In this document: one piece after another, positions 24,074-34,612 of the stretch | Numbering within the stretch: the stretch's first letter is position 1 | Layout: every line of letters begins with the position of its first letter | NCBI GenBank assembly: GCA_040081735.1 | Contig: JBEBFX010000002.1 | Span: 1 to 37,471, forward strand | Source of the DNA: Alphaproteobacteria bacterium | GTDB taxonomy: Bacteria; Pseudomonadota; Alphaproteobacteria; UBA11222 | Length of the DNA stretch: 37,471 nucleotides | Direction: 5' to 3' | The notes under the pieces: generated by a model | The model's input: the letters and a program-made list of their open reading frames with translations, nothing else | What the model was told of the DNA's origin: nothing | The model's database searches: none | Position numbers and translations under genes: made by a program

Positions 24074-24334
24074 TCAGGCGCGCGACAACAGCCATTCGCG
24101 GGCCTGACGCTGGGCCTCGGCGATTTGGGCCGGGGTCATTTCCTGGGCCAGTTCCGCGCGCCAGCTCAATGCTTCGCGCTGGCCCTTGACCGCTGCGACA
24201 TTGAACCATTTATGCGCCGACACCAGATCATACGGCACCCCCTTGCCGGTTGAATAGCTGATGGCGAGCCGAAGGCAGCTTGCGCCGTCTTCGGGTTCGT
24301 TTAATTCCTGATAAATGCTCTGTGCTTGACCCAT
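24074..24334 (-). CDS. small Sel1-repeat (TPR-like) protein
   Basis: 86 aa. The text YSTGKGVPYDLVSAHKWFNVAAVKGQREA is Sel1-repeat-like. ATG start. Confidence 0.7.
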   Translation of the reverse strand: MGQAQSIYQELNEPEDGASCLRLAISYSTGKGVPYDLVSAHKWFNVAAVKGQREALSWRAELAQEMTPAQIAEAQRQAREWLLSRA

Positions 24335-24645
24335 AGCCGGACACTCCGTTTTCCCTGTTGTGACCTACTGCCGCCGGTTCAGGCGTTTCGTCGCCCTTAA
24401 AACCGGCATGGGTAAAGTTTCGGCCCGGTAATCCTAAAATTGCGTAAACAGCGAAGGCGCGTAACGTTAATGGGAAAAATTCCATCACCCCGGTAAGGGG
24501 CGTCACACATGACATAAATAGCGCAGAGAATGAGGCTTTACCGGTAGTGGCGCGGCTTAGAGCCACGTTCGAAATGGTAAATGGTATAAAATAATAGTAA
24601 TAAATATGTATCGAACCGGTAAAATATTCCGGCAAAAAAGCAGAT

Positions 24646-27351
24646 TTACGATTCATTCATTATGTTGCGTAATGCGGCGCGCACCGCCTCAAGCGCTTGC
24701 GCGGCCTTATCGCCTTCCGGGCCGCCTGCCTGGGCCATATCCGCCCGGCCGCCGCCGCCCGCGCCCCCCATCGCGGCCGCGCCGGCGCGCGCCAGATCAA
24801 CGGCGCTGATCCGTGCGGTCAGATCATCGCTGACGCCCACCGCCAACGCGCCCTTGCCGTCATTCACCGCCAGAAACGCCACCACGCCGGCGCCGGGACT
24901 TTTTTTGCCCGCGTCAACCAGACCACGTAATTCCTTTGGATTAATACCTTCGATGATGCGCGCGATCAGTTTGATACCGGCAATTTCTTCCGGCGCCGGG
25001 GGGCTGGCGCTTCCGCCACCGGTTGCGGGTCCGGCAACCGCCATACGTTTGCGCAATTCGGAAATTTCGCGGTCCTGCTTTTTGCGCTCGTCCATCAGGG
25101 CGCCAAGCCGTGCGGGCAATTCCTCCGGACTGGTGCGCAGGGCCTGTGCAGCGTCCCGCAACAGTTTTTCGCGCGCGGCGAGATACTCAAACGCCGCCTG
25201 TCCGCTCAGCGCTTCGATGCGCCGCACGCCTGCCGCCACGGCGGATTCGCCCACAATATGGATCAGCGCAATGTCGCCCGTGCGGCGCACATGGGTGCCG
25301 CCACACAGCTCGACTGAAAACGCCTGCGCCCCGTCCTGATCCGCCGACGGATCATTTCCCATCGTAAGCACCCGCACCTCGTCGCCGTATTTTTCGCCGA
25401 ACAGCGCCATGGCGCCATGGGCCACAGCCTCGTCCGGCGCCATCAGCCGGGTCGAGACGGCGCCGTTCTGGCGCACAACCGCATTAACCAGGCGTTCCGT
25501 CTCCGCAATTTCGGCGTCGCTCATGGCCTTGGTATGGGAGAAATCAAAGCGCAGGCGATCGGCGCCCACCATTGAGCCTTTTTGCGTCACATGCCCGCCC
25601 AGCACCCGGCGCAGCGCGGCATGCAACAGATGCGTGGCGGAATGATTGGCGCGGATGGCGGCGCGGCGCGATGGGTCAACCCGCGCAACGACACTGTCAC
25701 CGAGCAGCAGATTGCCTTCGAGGACATTGCCGATATGCACATGCAGATCGCCCGGCAGCTTTTTGGTGTCGCTGATCGTCACGCGCGCGCCATTGGCGGC
25801 CACAAGCGTACCGGCGTCGCCCATCTGACCGCCGGATTCGCCATAAAACGGCGTCTGGTTGAGCAGGATTTTAACGTCCATCCCCGGCCCGGCGGAGTTG
25901 ATTTCGTTCCCATCGGTTACGAGCGCGGTCACCAGGCCCGTGGCCTGTTCAACGTCATAGCCCAGGAATTCGCTCGCCCCGGCGCGTTCGCGCACGCCAA
26001 ACCACACTGTCTCTGACGCCACTTCGCCGGAGCCCGCCCAGGCGGCGCGCGCCTCGGCCTTCTGGCGCGCCATCGCGGCGTCGAAACCCGCATGATCCAC
26101 AGATATTGTGCGATTGCGCAGGGCGTCCTCGGTCAGGTCCAGCGGAAAACCATAGGTGTCATACAGTTTGAACGCCACGCCGCCGGACAGCACCGAACCT
26201 GCGGACAGACTGGCGGTTTCGTCCTCCAGCAGTTTCAGGCCGCGTTCCAGCGTGCGGCGGAAGCGTTCTTCCTCCAGCTTCAGGGTCTCCCCGATCAGCG
26301 CCTGCGCGGGAAGCAGTTCCTGATAATGCGCGCCCATCTGGCGCACCAGCGCTGGCGCGATGCGCCACAGCACGGGATCTTTCGCCCCCAGCATCTCGGC
26401 ATGGCGCATGGCCCGGCGCATGATCCGGCGCAGCACATAGCCGCGCCCTTCATTGGACGGCAGCACCCCGTCGGCAATCAAAAACCCGGCGGAGCGCAAA
26501 TGATCGGCAATGACCCGGTAACTTGCGGCCATGGGCCCGTCCGGATCGCCGCCAATGGCGTCAGCGGCAGCCTCGACCAGGGCGCGCAGCACATCCGTGC
26601 TGAACACATCGCGCTTGCCCTGCAGCACCGCGCCAATGCGTTCCAGCCCCATGCCCGTGTCAATGGACGGGCGCGGCAACGCGATGCGATCGCCCGGTCC
26701 GCGCTGGTCATACTGCATGAAGACCAGATTCCAGATTTCCACAAACCGGTCGCCATCCTGATCTGCGGATCCGGGCGGTCCGCCGGGGACGCCATCGCCA
26801 TGATCAAAGAATATTTCCGAGCACGGCCCGCACGGCCCGGTGTCGCCCATCGACCAGAAATTGTCGGCGGTCCCGATGCGGATGATGCGATCCTCCGGCA
26901 ATCCCGCGATCTTGCGCCACAGGCCATGGGCCTCGTCGTCATCGGCATAGACCGTGACGCACAGGCGCGACGCCGGAATGGCGTATTCCCGGGTGATCAG
27001 CCGCCAGGCCAGTTCGATGGCGCCTTCCTTGAAATAATCGCCAAACGAAAAATTGCCCAGCATTTCAAAGAACGTCAGATGCCGCGCCGTATAGCCGACA
27101 TTGTCCAGATCATTATGCTTGCCGCCGGCGCGGACGCATTTCTGCGACGAGGCGGCGCGCACATACGGGCGGGTTTCCTGACCGGTAAAGACATTCTTGA
27201 ACTGCACCATGCCCGCGTTGGTGAACATCAGTGTCGGATCGTTGCGCGGCACCAATGGCGATGAGGGTACGACCGTATGGCCGTTGCCTGCAAAAAAATC
27301 CAGAAATGTCGCGCGAATCCCGTTCAGACTCGTCACCGGCGGCATGGCCAT
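24646..27351 (-). CDS. alaS: alanine--tRNA ligase
   Basis: Start moved to ATG 27351 ([20 protein letters not shown], the usual AlaS N-terminus), which has GGGAAG upstream. The class II core, the HxxxH editing-domain motif (HSATHLLH) and the C-terminal DHHA1-like region are all readable. Confidence 0.95.
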   Translation of the reverse strand: MAMPPVTSLNGIRATFLDFFAGNGHTVVPSSPLVPRNDPTLMFTNAGMVQFKNVFTGQETRPYVRAASSQKCVRAGGKHNDLDNVGYTARHLTFFEMLGNFSFGDYFKEGAIELAWRLITREYAIPASRLCVTVYADDDEAHGLWRKIAGLPEDRIIRIGTADNFWSMGDTGPCGPCSEIFFDHGDGVPGGPPGSADQDGDRFVEIWNLVFMQYDQRGPGDRIALPRPSIDTGMGLERIGAVLQGKRDVFSTDVLRALVEAAADAIGGDPDGPMAASYRVIADHLRSAGFLIADGVLPSNEGRGYVLRRIMRRAMRHAEMLGAKDPVLWRIAPALVRQMGAHYQELLPAQALIGETLKLEEERFRRTLERGLKLLEDETASLSAGSVLSGGVAFKLYDTYGFPLDLTEDALRNRTISVDHAGFDAAMARQKAEARAAWAGSGEVASETVWFGVRERAGASEFLGYDVEQATGLVTALVTDGNEINSAGPGMDVKILLNQTPFYGESGGQMGDAGTLVAANGARVTISDTKKLPGDLHVHIGNVLEGNLLLGDSVVARVDPSRRAAIRANHSATHLLHAALRRVLGGHVTQKGSMVGADRLRFDFSHTKAMSDAEIAETERLVNAVVRQNGAVSTRLMAPDEAVAHGAMALFGEKYGDEVRVLTMGNDPSADQDGAQAFSVELCGGTHVRRTGDIALIHIVGESAVAAGVRRIEALSGQAAFEYLAAREKLLRDAAQALRTSPEELPARLGALMDERKKQDREISELRKRMAVAGPATGGGSASPPAPEEIAGIKLIARIIEGINPKELRGLVDAGKKSPGAGVVAFLAVNDGKGALAVGVSDDLTARISAVDLARAGAAAMGGAGGGGRADMAQAGGPEGDKAAQALEAVRAALRNIMNES

Positions 27352-27506
27352 GCAAACTTCCCAAGCGAAAATGTTCAGAAACAATCGTCTGCTTGTTTTT
27401 AGCGGCCTGCTGGGCGCGTGTCTAGGGCGGCAGGCCGGACTTGCGCTTGACGGCCCCCGCGTGCAGAAATGGGGTGGAGCAAAACTAACAAACAGGGAAA
27501 ACAGAG

Positions 27507-28343
27507 ATGACTGGAAGATATGAGGGACGGGTTGCCGTCATAACCGGCGGGGCGAGCGGCATTGGCGCTGCGACCGTGCGTAAATTCGTTGGCGAGGGCG
27601 CGAAAGTGGTGATCGCCGACATGCAGGAGGAAATGGGTAAAAAGCTGGCGGCCGAACTGGGCGCGTCCGTGCATTTTCAGCGCACCGACGTCACCCATGA
27701 AGCACAGGTCAAGGCCGCCGTCGACAGCGCCGTCAGCAAGTTCGGGCGGCTGGACTGCATCTACAACAATGCGGGTTTTGGCGGCGCCGCCGGGCCGGTG
27801 GAGAGCATTTCCATGCAGGATTACGACATCACCATGGATGTGCTGGTGAAAGGCGTGTTTCTGGGCATCAAGCATGCCGCGCCGATCCTGAAGGCGCAGG
27901 GTTCTGGCACCATCGTCAACACCGCCAGCATTGCGGCGTTTTATTCCGGCATCGGCCCGGCGCTGTATAACGCCGCCAAGGCGGCGGTGCTGCAAATGAC
28001 CAAGAGCATGGCGCTGGAGTTCGGCTATTACGGGGTGCGGGTGAATTGTGTCTGCCCCGGCGTGATCGCAACGCCGCTGGCGGCCGGCCGGCCCGGCGCG
28101 TCGAAGGAGGTTCTCGATAAAATGCGCAACGATCTGGGCGATGATGAGGTATTGCGCCGCATCGGCAACCCCGAAGAAATCGCCGATGCGGTGTTCTGGC
28201 TGGCCAGCGACGAATCCAGCTACGTCAATGGCCATGCGCTGGTGGTTGATGGCGGCCGCACGGCGGGCCTGCCGTATCAGAAGCAGACCAACTGGCTGAA
28301 AAAACCCCGCGAACTGCGCCTGTACCGGCCCGAAGGGCGGTAA
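27507..28343 (+). CDS. SDR-family oxidoreductase
   Basis: 278 aa. TGGASGIG cofactor motif, NNAG, and the YxxxK catalytic motif (YNAAKAAV). Confidence 0.88.
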   Translation: MTGRYEGRVAVITGGASGIGAATVRKFVGEGAKVVIADMQEEMGKKLAAELGASVHFQRTDVTHEAQVKAAVDSAVSKFGRLDCIYNNAGFGGAAGPVESISMQDYDITMDVLVKGVFLGIKHAAPILKAQGSGTIVNTASIAAFYSGIGPALYNAAKAAVLQMTKSMALEFGYYGVRVNCVCPGVIATPLAAGRPGASKEVLDKMRNDLGDDEVLRRIGNPEEIADAVFWLASDESSYVNGHALVVDGGRTAGLPYQKQTNWLKKPRELRLYRPEGR

Positions 28344-28350
28344 AGGGGAT

Positions 28351-29151
28351 TTATCTGATCAGGTCCAGCTCGTCCGCCGCCACTGGCGCGGGGGCGGGCC
28401 GGGCGCATTCCTCGGCATGGCGGCGGTGGCTCATGACGCTGAACGGGATCAGGGCCAGATAGGCCAGTCCGGTCAGGACGTACATGAGCCATGGATAGCC
28501 AACCACCGCTGCCGCCGACACCCCTGCGATCAGCAATATCGGCAACACCATTTCACGCCCGATATGCGCCCGCTTCAGGGAAAATGTCGGAATGCGGCTG
28601 ATCATCAAAAAGGCGATGCCGCAGGTATATATTCCGATCAGAAATGACGCATCGCGCAACCATTCCCAGCCCACAAGATACAGCGCAATCGGCAACAGCG
28701 ATAAACACGCGCCGGCCGGGGCCGGGACGCCTGTAAAAAACTTCACGCTCCATGCCGGCTTGTCCGGTTCCTCCAGCGCGGTGTTGAAACGCGCCAGCCG
28801 CAACGCGGCGCATACGGCAAAACCCAGCACAATAATCCAGCCCAGTCCGCCCAGATTTTCCAGTGTCCACAAATACAGAATAAGCGCAGGCGTCACGCCG
28901 AAATTTACAAAATCCGAGAGTGAATCCAGTTCCGCGCCGAACTTGGATGTGCCTTTCAGCAGCCGCGCCACCCGGCCATCCAGCGTATCGATGATCGACG
29001 CCACGGCAATCGCCAGAACCGCCATGTCAAAGCGGTCATGGATCGCCAGCTGCACCCCGGTCAGACCAGCGCACAGACCCAGCACCGTCAGAATGTTGGG
29101 CGCCAGACTGCGCAGCGGCAGCGAACGGCGGTTCGGCCGGTCAAACAGCAT
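28351..29151 (-). CDS. pssA: CDP-diacylglycerol--serine O-phosphatidyltransferase
   Basis: 266 aa polytopic membrane protein with the CDP-alcohol phosphatidyltransferase motif DTLDGRVARLLKGTSKFGAELDSLSD. Lies downstream of psd. Confidence 0.88.
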   Translation of the reverse strand: MLFDRPNRRSLPLRSLAPNILTVLGLCAGLTGVQLAIHDRFDMAVLAIAVASIIDTLDGRVARLLKGTSKFGAELDSLSDFVNFGVTPALILYLWTLENLGGLGWIIVLGFAVCAALRLARFNTALEEPDKPAWSVKFFTGVPAPAGACLSLLPIALYLVGWEWLRDASFLIGIYTCGIAFLMISRIPTFSLKRAHIGREMVLPILLIAGVSAAAVVGYPWLMYVLTGLAYLALIPFSVMSHRRHAEECARPAPAPVAADELDLIR

Positions 29152-29175
29152 GGGCGTATGCGCTGATTTTTGGCC

Positions 29176-29868
29176 TCAAGTCCTGCGTCCCGTGCGCTGC
29201 GGTTCATCGGCCCCGAGATCGGCAATAATTGTTTCGCCTGCAACCATGGTTTGCCCCAGCACGACCAGAGGCGCGACGCCTTCGGGCAGATAGACATCGA
29301 CGCGGCTGCCAAACCGGATCATGCCGAACCGGTCGCCCGCCTTCAGCGTCTGGTTCACGCTGGCCCAGCAGATGATGCGCCGCGCAACCAGACCAGCAAT
29401 CTGCACTACGGCCAGCCGGGTTCCGTCTGTGGTGGTAAGACACAGGGCGTTGCGTTCGTTGTCCTCGCTGGCCTTGTCCAGGGATGCGTTAAAAAACAGG
29501 CCGGGTATATAGGCGATCCGGGTGATGGCCGCGTCGACGGGAATACGATTTACGTGGCAGTTAAACACATTCATGAAAACACTTACGCGCGTCATCAGGG
29601 GTTCTGACATTTCCAGTTCCACAGGCGGCGGCACCTGGGCGATGGCGGAAACGATCCCGTCGGCCGGGCTTATGATCAGGCCGCTGCGTTCTGGCGTTAC
29701 GCGGGCCGGATCGCGGAAGAAATACGCGCACCAGCAGGTCAGCAGAACGCCCACCCACCCGAACGGTTCATATATTAAAAACAGCACCAGGGTCACGGCG
29801 ATGAAGATCGCAACAAAACGGTGTCCCTCGCGGTGGATTGGCGCAAAAATCGACGTCAGAACTTCCAT
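29176..29868 (-). CDS. psd: phosphatidylserine decarboxylase proenzyme (short alphaproteobacterial type)
   Basis: 230 aa. N-terminal TM helix and the self-cleavage region [15 protein letters not shown] (G-S site). Confidence 0.88.
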   Translation of the reverse strand: MEVLTSIFAPIHREGHRFVAIFIAVTLVLFLIYEPFGWVGVLLTCWCAYFFRDPARVTPERSGLIISPADGIVSAIAQVPPPVELEMSEPLMTRVSVFMNVFNCHVNRIPVDAAITRIAYIPGLFFNASLDKASEDNERNALCLTTTDGTRLAVVQIAGLVARRIICWASVNQTLKAGDRFGMIRFGSRVDVYLPEGVAPLVVLGQTMVAGETIIADLGADEPQRTGRRT

Positions 29869-29939
29869 GCCGGTAATTTACTCGCTTGATGATGGGATAG
29901 GGTGTTTGACGGGCAGCATAGCATTTCCGGCGCGCCACG

Positions 29940-31859
29940 TTAAGCGGTGGATTTTAACAGGGCTTTTTCTGACGGCGCCGGAATATCGGGGTTTTCGGCT
30001 TCATCATCTGTCTGCTGGCGCTGCCACAAATGCGCATAGGCCCCGCTCTGCTGCATCAGGCTGTCATGATTGCCGCGCTCGATAATCCGCCCGCCATCCA
30101 GCACCAGAATTTCGTCCGCATCGACAATGGTGGACAGGCGATGGGCGATCACCAGCGTCGTCCGGTTGACGGAAATTTCGGCTAGCGAGGCCTGAATTTC
30201 GCGCTCTGTATGGGTATCCAGGGCGGATGTCGCCTCATCCAGGATCAGAATGGCGGGATTTTTCAGAATGGTCCGGGCAATCGCCACGCGCTGTTTTTCA
30301 CCACCGGAAAGTTTCAGTCCGCGTTCTCCGACCCGGCTGTCAAAGCCATCCGGCAGGCTGGCCACAAAGCGGTCAATCTGCGCCAGGCGCGCCGCCTCGT
30401 GAATTTCAGTGTCCGGCGCGCCAGGACGGCCATAGCGGATATTGTAACCGATGCTGTCATTAAACAGCACCGTGTCCTGGGGCACGATGCCAATGGCGGC
30501 GCGCAGGGAACGCTGGGTTACTTTGGCGATATCCTGTCCGTCGATCAGCACCCGTCCGCCGCTGACATCAAAGAACCGGTACAACAGCCGCGAGATCGTG
30601 GATTTGCCGGCCCCGCTGGAACCGACTATCGCCACCCGTTTTCCGGCAGGCACCGAGAATGAAACATCATGCAGAATCTCGCGCCCTGCCTCATAGGTGA
30701 AGCGCACATTTTCAAACCGAATTTCACCGCCTGTGATCCGCAGCGCGGCAGCCCCCGGCGCATCGCGAACTTCGGGCGCCTCGAACAGCAGGCTGAACAT
30801 GCTTTCCATATCGGCCAGCGACTGCCTGATTTCACGATACACGGACCCGAGCAGGTTCAGCGGCACAAAAAGCTGCACCAGCATGGCGTTCACCAGCACG
30901 AAATCACCGATGGTGCGGGCGCCGGTCATCACCCCGTGGCCTGCCAGACACATCATCACCACCAGCCCTGCGGCAATGATAACGCCCTGGCCGGTGTTCA
31001 GAAACGACAGGCTTTTGTTGGTGATAACAGACGCCTTTTCATACCCTTCCAGGGACTGGTCATAGCGCCTGCTTTCATGTTCCTCGTTGCAGAAATACTT
31101 TACGGTTTCAAAATTCAGCAGGCTGTCGATGGCCTTGGTGTTGGCTTCGGTATCGCGGTCATTCATGACCTTGCGGTACAGGGTGCGCCACTCGGTCACC
31201 ATGAAGGTAAACCAGACATAGACGCCGACCATGCCAAGGGTCGCCAGCATGTACCATACATCAAAGATATAAAACAGAATCCCCGCGACCAGGACAATTT
31301 CCAGCAGGGTGGGGACAATGTTGAACAGGCTGAAGCGCAGCAGGTAATCAATGCCCTTGGTGCCGCGGTCGATCACCCGGCTAAGCCCGCCGGTGCGCCG
31401 GTCCAGATGGAACCGCAGCGACAGGGCATGAACGTGCTGAAACGTAATCAGCGCCAGACGCCGCGCCGCATACTGGCTGACATCGGCGAACACCGCGTCG
31501 CGGCCCTGGGTAAAAACCTGTTGCAGGGCGCGCGCAAACCCATAGGCCAGAATAAGCGTAATGGGGATCGCCAGCAGATCAAGATTGGCGGCGATGCGCC
31601 CGGCGCCGCCTGCCGCCGCGATGGCCGCCCCCGTATCTCCGGACGCCTGGGGACCAAGACTGTCGACGGCGGCTTTATAGAGAAACGGCACATATACGGT
31701 GATGAGTTTGGACAGCAGCAGCAGCACTACGGCAACAACCACCCGCACCCGCAAATCGGGTCTTCCGGCGGGCCATAAATAGGGCGCGACCGTCGCCAGT
31801 GTCTGCCATTGGTTCTCTGGCGCCGGACTATCATCGGCGCCGCCAGCAAGCGATCTCAA
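29940..31859 (-). CDS. ABC transporter permease/ATPase fusion, ABCB/Atm1-like exporter
   Basis: Walker A GSSGAGKST, signature LSGGEKQR, Walker B ILILDEATSALD, and a six-TM N-terminal half. The track start (GTG 31904) lies inside the upstream terminator hairpin. TTG 31859 is therefore proposed, with moderate uncertainty. Confidence 0.85.
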   Translation of the reverse strand: MRSLAGGADDSPAPENQWQTLATVAPYLWPAGRPDLRVRVVVAVVLLLLSKLITVYVPFLYKAAVDSLGPQASGDTGAAIAAAGGAGRIAANLDLLAIPITLILAYGFARALQQVFTQGRDAVFADVSQYAARRLALITFQHVHALSLRFHLDRRTGGLSRVIDRGTKGIDYLLRFSLFNIVPTLLEIVLVAGILFYIFDVWYMLATLGMVGVYVWFTFMVTEWRTLYRKVMNDRDTEANTKAIDSLLNFETVKYFCNEEHESRRYDQSLEGYEKASVITNKSLSFLNTGQGVIIAAGLVVMMCLAGHGVMTGARTIGDFVLVNAMLVQLFVPLNLLGSVYREIRQSLADMESMFSLLFEAPEVRDAPGAAALRITGGEIRFENVRFTYEAGREILHDVSFSVPAGKRVAIVGSSGAGKSTISRLLYRFFDVSGGRVLIDGQDIAKVTQRSLRAAIGIVPQDTVLFNDSIGYNIRYGRPGAPDTEIHEAARLAQIDRFVASLPDGFDSRVGERGLKLSGGEKQRVAIARTILKNPAILILDEATSALDTHTEREIQASLAEISVNRTTLVIAHRLSTIVDADEILVLDGGRIIERGNHDSLMQQSGAYAHLWQRQQTDDEAENPDIPAPSEKALLKSTA

Positions 31860-31874
31860 ATTTGTTGCACCTGA

Positions 31875-31912
31875 CAAAAAAACGGGGCCGATGGCAAAAA
31901 CCACCGGCCCCG
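31875..31912 (-). terminator. Rho-independent terminator of the DUF1329 gene
   Basis: The minus strand reads CGGGGCCG-(14-nt loop)-CGGCCCCG followed by TTTTTTTG, about 25 nt after the stop at 31938. Confidence 0.75.
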
Positions 31913-31937
31913 CGTATTCTAAAGCATATCGGTCTGG

Positions 31938-33302
31938 TTAGCGAACACCAATCCGGCGGATGGAGTCCGGCGTATAGCGTTCAATCTGCAACTCATCCGC
32001 AAAGTGATTGATGGACGGCTCCTCGTTGAAGAATTCCTGCGCCGTGTAACGCCCGGCATTCAGATCGTAGGAGACGTTTCCGGCGGTGTCGCAGGTAGGC
32101 ACGTTATAGTGGATGAACGGGAACTGTTCGTGAACCCGCCAGATTTCGTCACGGGTGTCATAATTTACCGACGCGACCGTATGATAGGAGTCCTCATCCT
32201 GCCAAAAGATGCGCTTCTTGTAGATGTGACGGGTGTCTGCGCGCAAATTGGCGGTGATCACATAAGTCCGGCGCAACTCATACCGGGGGTAATCCTGGTT
32301 GAGGACCTGCGGCTTGAACAGATCGGTATATTTAACGGTGGCCGCGGCCAAACGGAAATTGTTGGCGGAGATGATCGTCTCGTTGCGCCCGTTATAGGTC
32401 CAGTCGTACCGGTCAAGCGCGCCATTGTACATGTTGAAGGCGTCAATGGTGGACAGGCCGTCGTCGTTGAAGCTGGGATTGTCATAGGCGATATTCGGGG
32501 CGCGCCGCACCCGGCGGGTGCCGGGGCTGTAAACCCACGCCTTGCGCTCCCCTATGATTGGATCGTAAATCAGTACGACGTTACCTGCTGCGCGCGCCGG
32601 TGCGATCGTATTGTTGATGTAGTAGGCCCAGATATCGTTCAGCTCATCGACCTTGGTCTTGGTCGGATCAGCATAGGGGAAAATTACTTCGTCCTGCTGC
32701 GTATAAACCGAATAATCGCCGGTGCGCGTTGGCGCCGCTGACACATATTGCCGCGTAATCTTGTACCCGCGATAGCGCAGCCGTTGATTGAAGATATTTT
32801 CGTTGGCGACGCTGGTGATCGGGAACGGCACTCCCATGATCGACCCCGTAAAGCCGTTGCCGTTCGGTACAATCACTCCAACCAGCGCATTCTTTTTATG
32901 GGCTTCGTATATGCTTGGCGGATTGGCGCAGGCGCGGCGGGTCTGATAGACGTTCATCTTGTAAGCATCGGGATAGGTCTTCAGCAGCGCGACGCTGACT
33001 CCTGTCAGCTTGTCCGCGTACTGCGCCATATTCGCCGGTGTAATGGTGTAAAGGGGCTTGTCTTCAGGGAAGGGGTCCGGGTGGCGATCACCCTGTTTGT
33101 AGGTGACATTGGCAGGAATCGAGCTGATCCCGCCCGTCCATTCCGGAATCGACCCATCCTTGTTTCCGGACCTTTGCGATCCAAGAGGCGTCAGATCCTG
33201 GTCAAGACGCGCTGCGACATCGGCTGGAACTTCCGCCCATGCCACGCCGGCAATAAGCGCCGCCGAAAATAAACCCAATATCGTAGCCGATCGCATAGCC
33301 AT
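31938..33302 (-). CDS. DUF1329 domain protein (LolA-like periplasmic/outer-membrane-associated)
   Basis: Start moved to ATG 33302, which has GGGAGGGG upstream. Signal peptide MAMRSATILGLFSAALIAGVAWA|E. The hallmark LTPLGSQRSGNKDGSIPEWTGG block is present. Confidence 0.8.
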   Translation of the reverse strand: MAMRSATILGLFSAALIAGVAWAEVPADVAARLDQDLTPLGSQRSGNKDGSIPEWTGGISSIPANVTYKQGDRHPDPFPEDKPLYTITPANMAQYADKLTGVSVALLKTYPDAYKMNVYQTRRACANPPSIYEAHKKNALVGVIVPNGNGFTGSIMGVPFPITSVANENIFNQRLRYRGYKITRQYVSAAPTRTGDYSVYTQQDEVIFPYADPTKTKVDELNDIWAYYINNTIAPARAAGNVVLIYDPIIGERKAWVYSPGTRRVRRAPNIAYDNPSFNDDGLSTIDAFNMYNGALDRYDWTYNGRNETIISANNFRLAAATVKYTDLFKPQVLNQDYPRYELRRTYVITANLRADTRHIYKKRIFWQDEDSYHTVASVNYDTRDEIWRVHEQFPFIHYNVPTCDTAGNVSYDLNAGRYTAQEFFNEEPSINHFADELQIERYTPDSIRRIGVR

Positions 33303-33526
33303 GTGTCCCCTCCCACTAAATTGAAAGCGTTGTTGCTTCGATTGCGTTCCCACCTGGTGCATTACTGCTATTACTGGACGGTTTTTGATCCGTTCTCCAG
33401 TTTATGCGTCTCCAGTTCATGCGCCAAATCTTATTGCTGATCTTGTGAATAAGCTAATACGACTCTGACCCGCTGCGCCAGTCAAATTTCATCTTTCAGC
33501 AATAAATCACGGGATAGTGTTCGGAA

Positions 33527-34552
33527 TCACGGAATTGTGTTTGAAATGGGATTTTCCACACGCCCTTGCGATGCTGCGGGACCCGCCGCAGGTATGTCAA
33601 ACACCTGCCCCGGATAAATCAGATCGGGGTCCCGTATCTGCTGCCGGTTGCCAGTAAAGATCACGCTGTATGCGACGCCCGAACCATAGATGGTGTGCGC
33701 TATTTCCCATAAGGCGTTTCCCTGCATGACCACAACCTGCTGGCGGCCCATGACAAGGCTGCCTGCCGGGACGCGGGAAAAGGCGGCCTCGGCGCGCAGC
33801 AGAACCTTGCCCTCAGCATCAATCTGATCGCCGCGCAATTTGTGTTCGCCTGGCCCGATGCCGCCCGGATAGGACAGTTCCCAGTCGCCTTTCTGATCGG
33901 CGACGGCCTCGCCGGCGGGTTGATTATCAAGATATATCCGCACATGGCGGCCTGGCTCCGCACGGCCGGAAAGCACTGCCCCGCCTTTGGGGGTCAGGTC
34001 GACGCCGGCCACGGCCACACCTGGCGCCGGTGCGCCGGACGAACCCTGATTCAGAATGCGGGTTGCCCTGCCTGGGCGGCTGATTGCGGCAAAAACCTCC
34101 CCTTCGTCATGATCGGGAACAGAAATAACAGCTGAATCCCTGGATAAAACCGGGCTGTCTTTGCCTATCTGCGCCTGCAGGCGAAGCACCTGGGCGCCGG
34201 TCTTGAGGGGCGCTTCTGCAATAATGACCCAGTCCCCGCGTTTGTCAGCGGTGACCTGCCCCACGATCTGATCGCCGGATTTAATCGTGACCCGCGCACC
34301 GGGGGCTGCGCGGCCCGCCATGACAGCCTGTCCGTCCCGGGTGACGCGGATAACATCGAAACCGGGCTCAATTGGGCCGGATATGGCGGCGGTCACGGGC
34401 GCCGCCGCAGGTTTTGAGACCGATTCCTGTCCCCTGTGATAGGATAAAAAGGCGACGACCCCAAGCCCGCCGGCCGCCAGAACCGCCGCCAGTATCATGA
34501 ATTCGCGCCGTGGCATGATTTGCGGCTTTGATAAATTCCCCCGGCGCATCAT
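33527..34552 (-). CDS. membrane-anchored LysM peptidoglycan-binding protein with two Ig-like internal repeats
   Basis: 341 aa with an N-terminal TM anchor. There are two related segments (...GRAAPGARVTIKSGDQIVGQVTADKRGDWV... and ...GRAEPGRHVRIYLDNQPAGEAVADQKGDWE...) and a C-terminal LysM domain (GNALWEIAHTIYGSGVAYSVIFTGNRQQIRDPDLIYPGQVFDIP). Confidence 0.85.
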   Translation of the reverse strand: MMRRGNLSKPQIMPRREFMILAAVLAAGGLGVVAFLSYHRGQESVSKPAAAPVTAAISGPIEPGFDVIRVTRDGQAVMAGRAAPGARVTIKSGDQIVGQVTADKRGDWVIIAEAPLKTGAQVLRLQAQIGKDSPVLSRDSAVISVPDHDEGEVFAAISRPGRATRILNQGSSGAPAPGVAVAGVDLTPKGGAVLSGRAEPGRHVRIYLDNQPAGEAVADQKGDWELSYPGGIGPGEHKLRGDQIDAEGKVLLRAEAAFSRVPAGSLVMGRQQVVVMQGNALWEIAHTIYGSGVAYSVIFTGNRQQIRDPDLIYPGQVFDIPAAGPAASQGRVENPISNTIP

Positions 34553-34612
34553 CTATCGGTTACCTTTACCTGTTAAGGTCTTTCTCCTGAAACAACATAG
34601 AGCAATCAAAGG

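Noticed and set aside
24049-24084. 8-bp GC inverted repeat (CGCGCGCC / GGCGCGCG) around the Sel1 gene stop as a terminator
   Set aside because: One arm lies inside the CDS, the loop is 17 nt, and there is no T tract on the transcribed strand.
24228-24656. 142-aa minus-strand ORF covering the AT-rich spacer
   Set aside because: It overlaps the Sel1 CDS out of frame, starts inside the alaS stop region, and has an odd Tyr/Phe/Ile-rich composition driven by AT-rich non-coding DNA.
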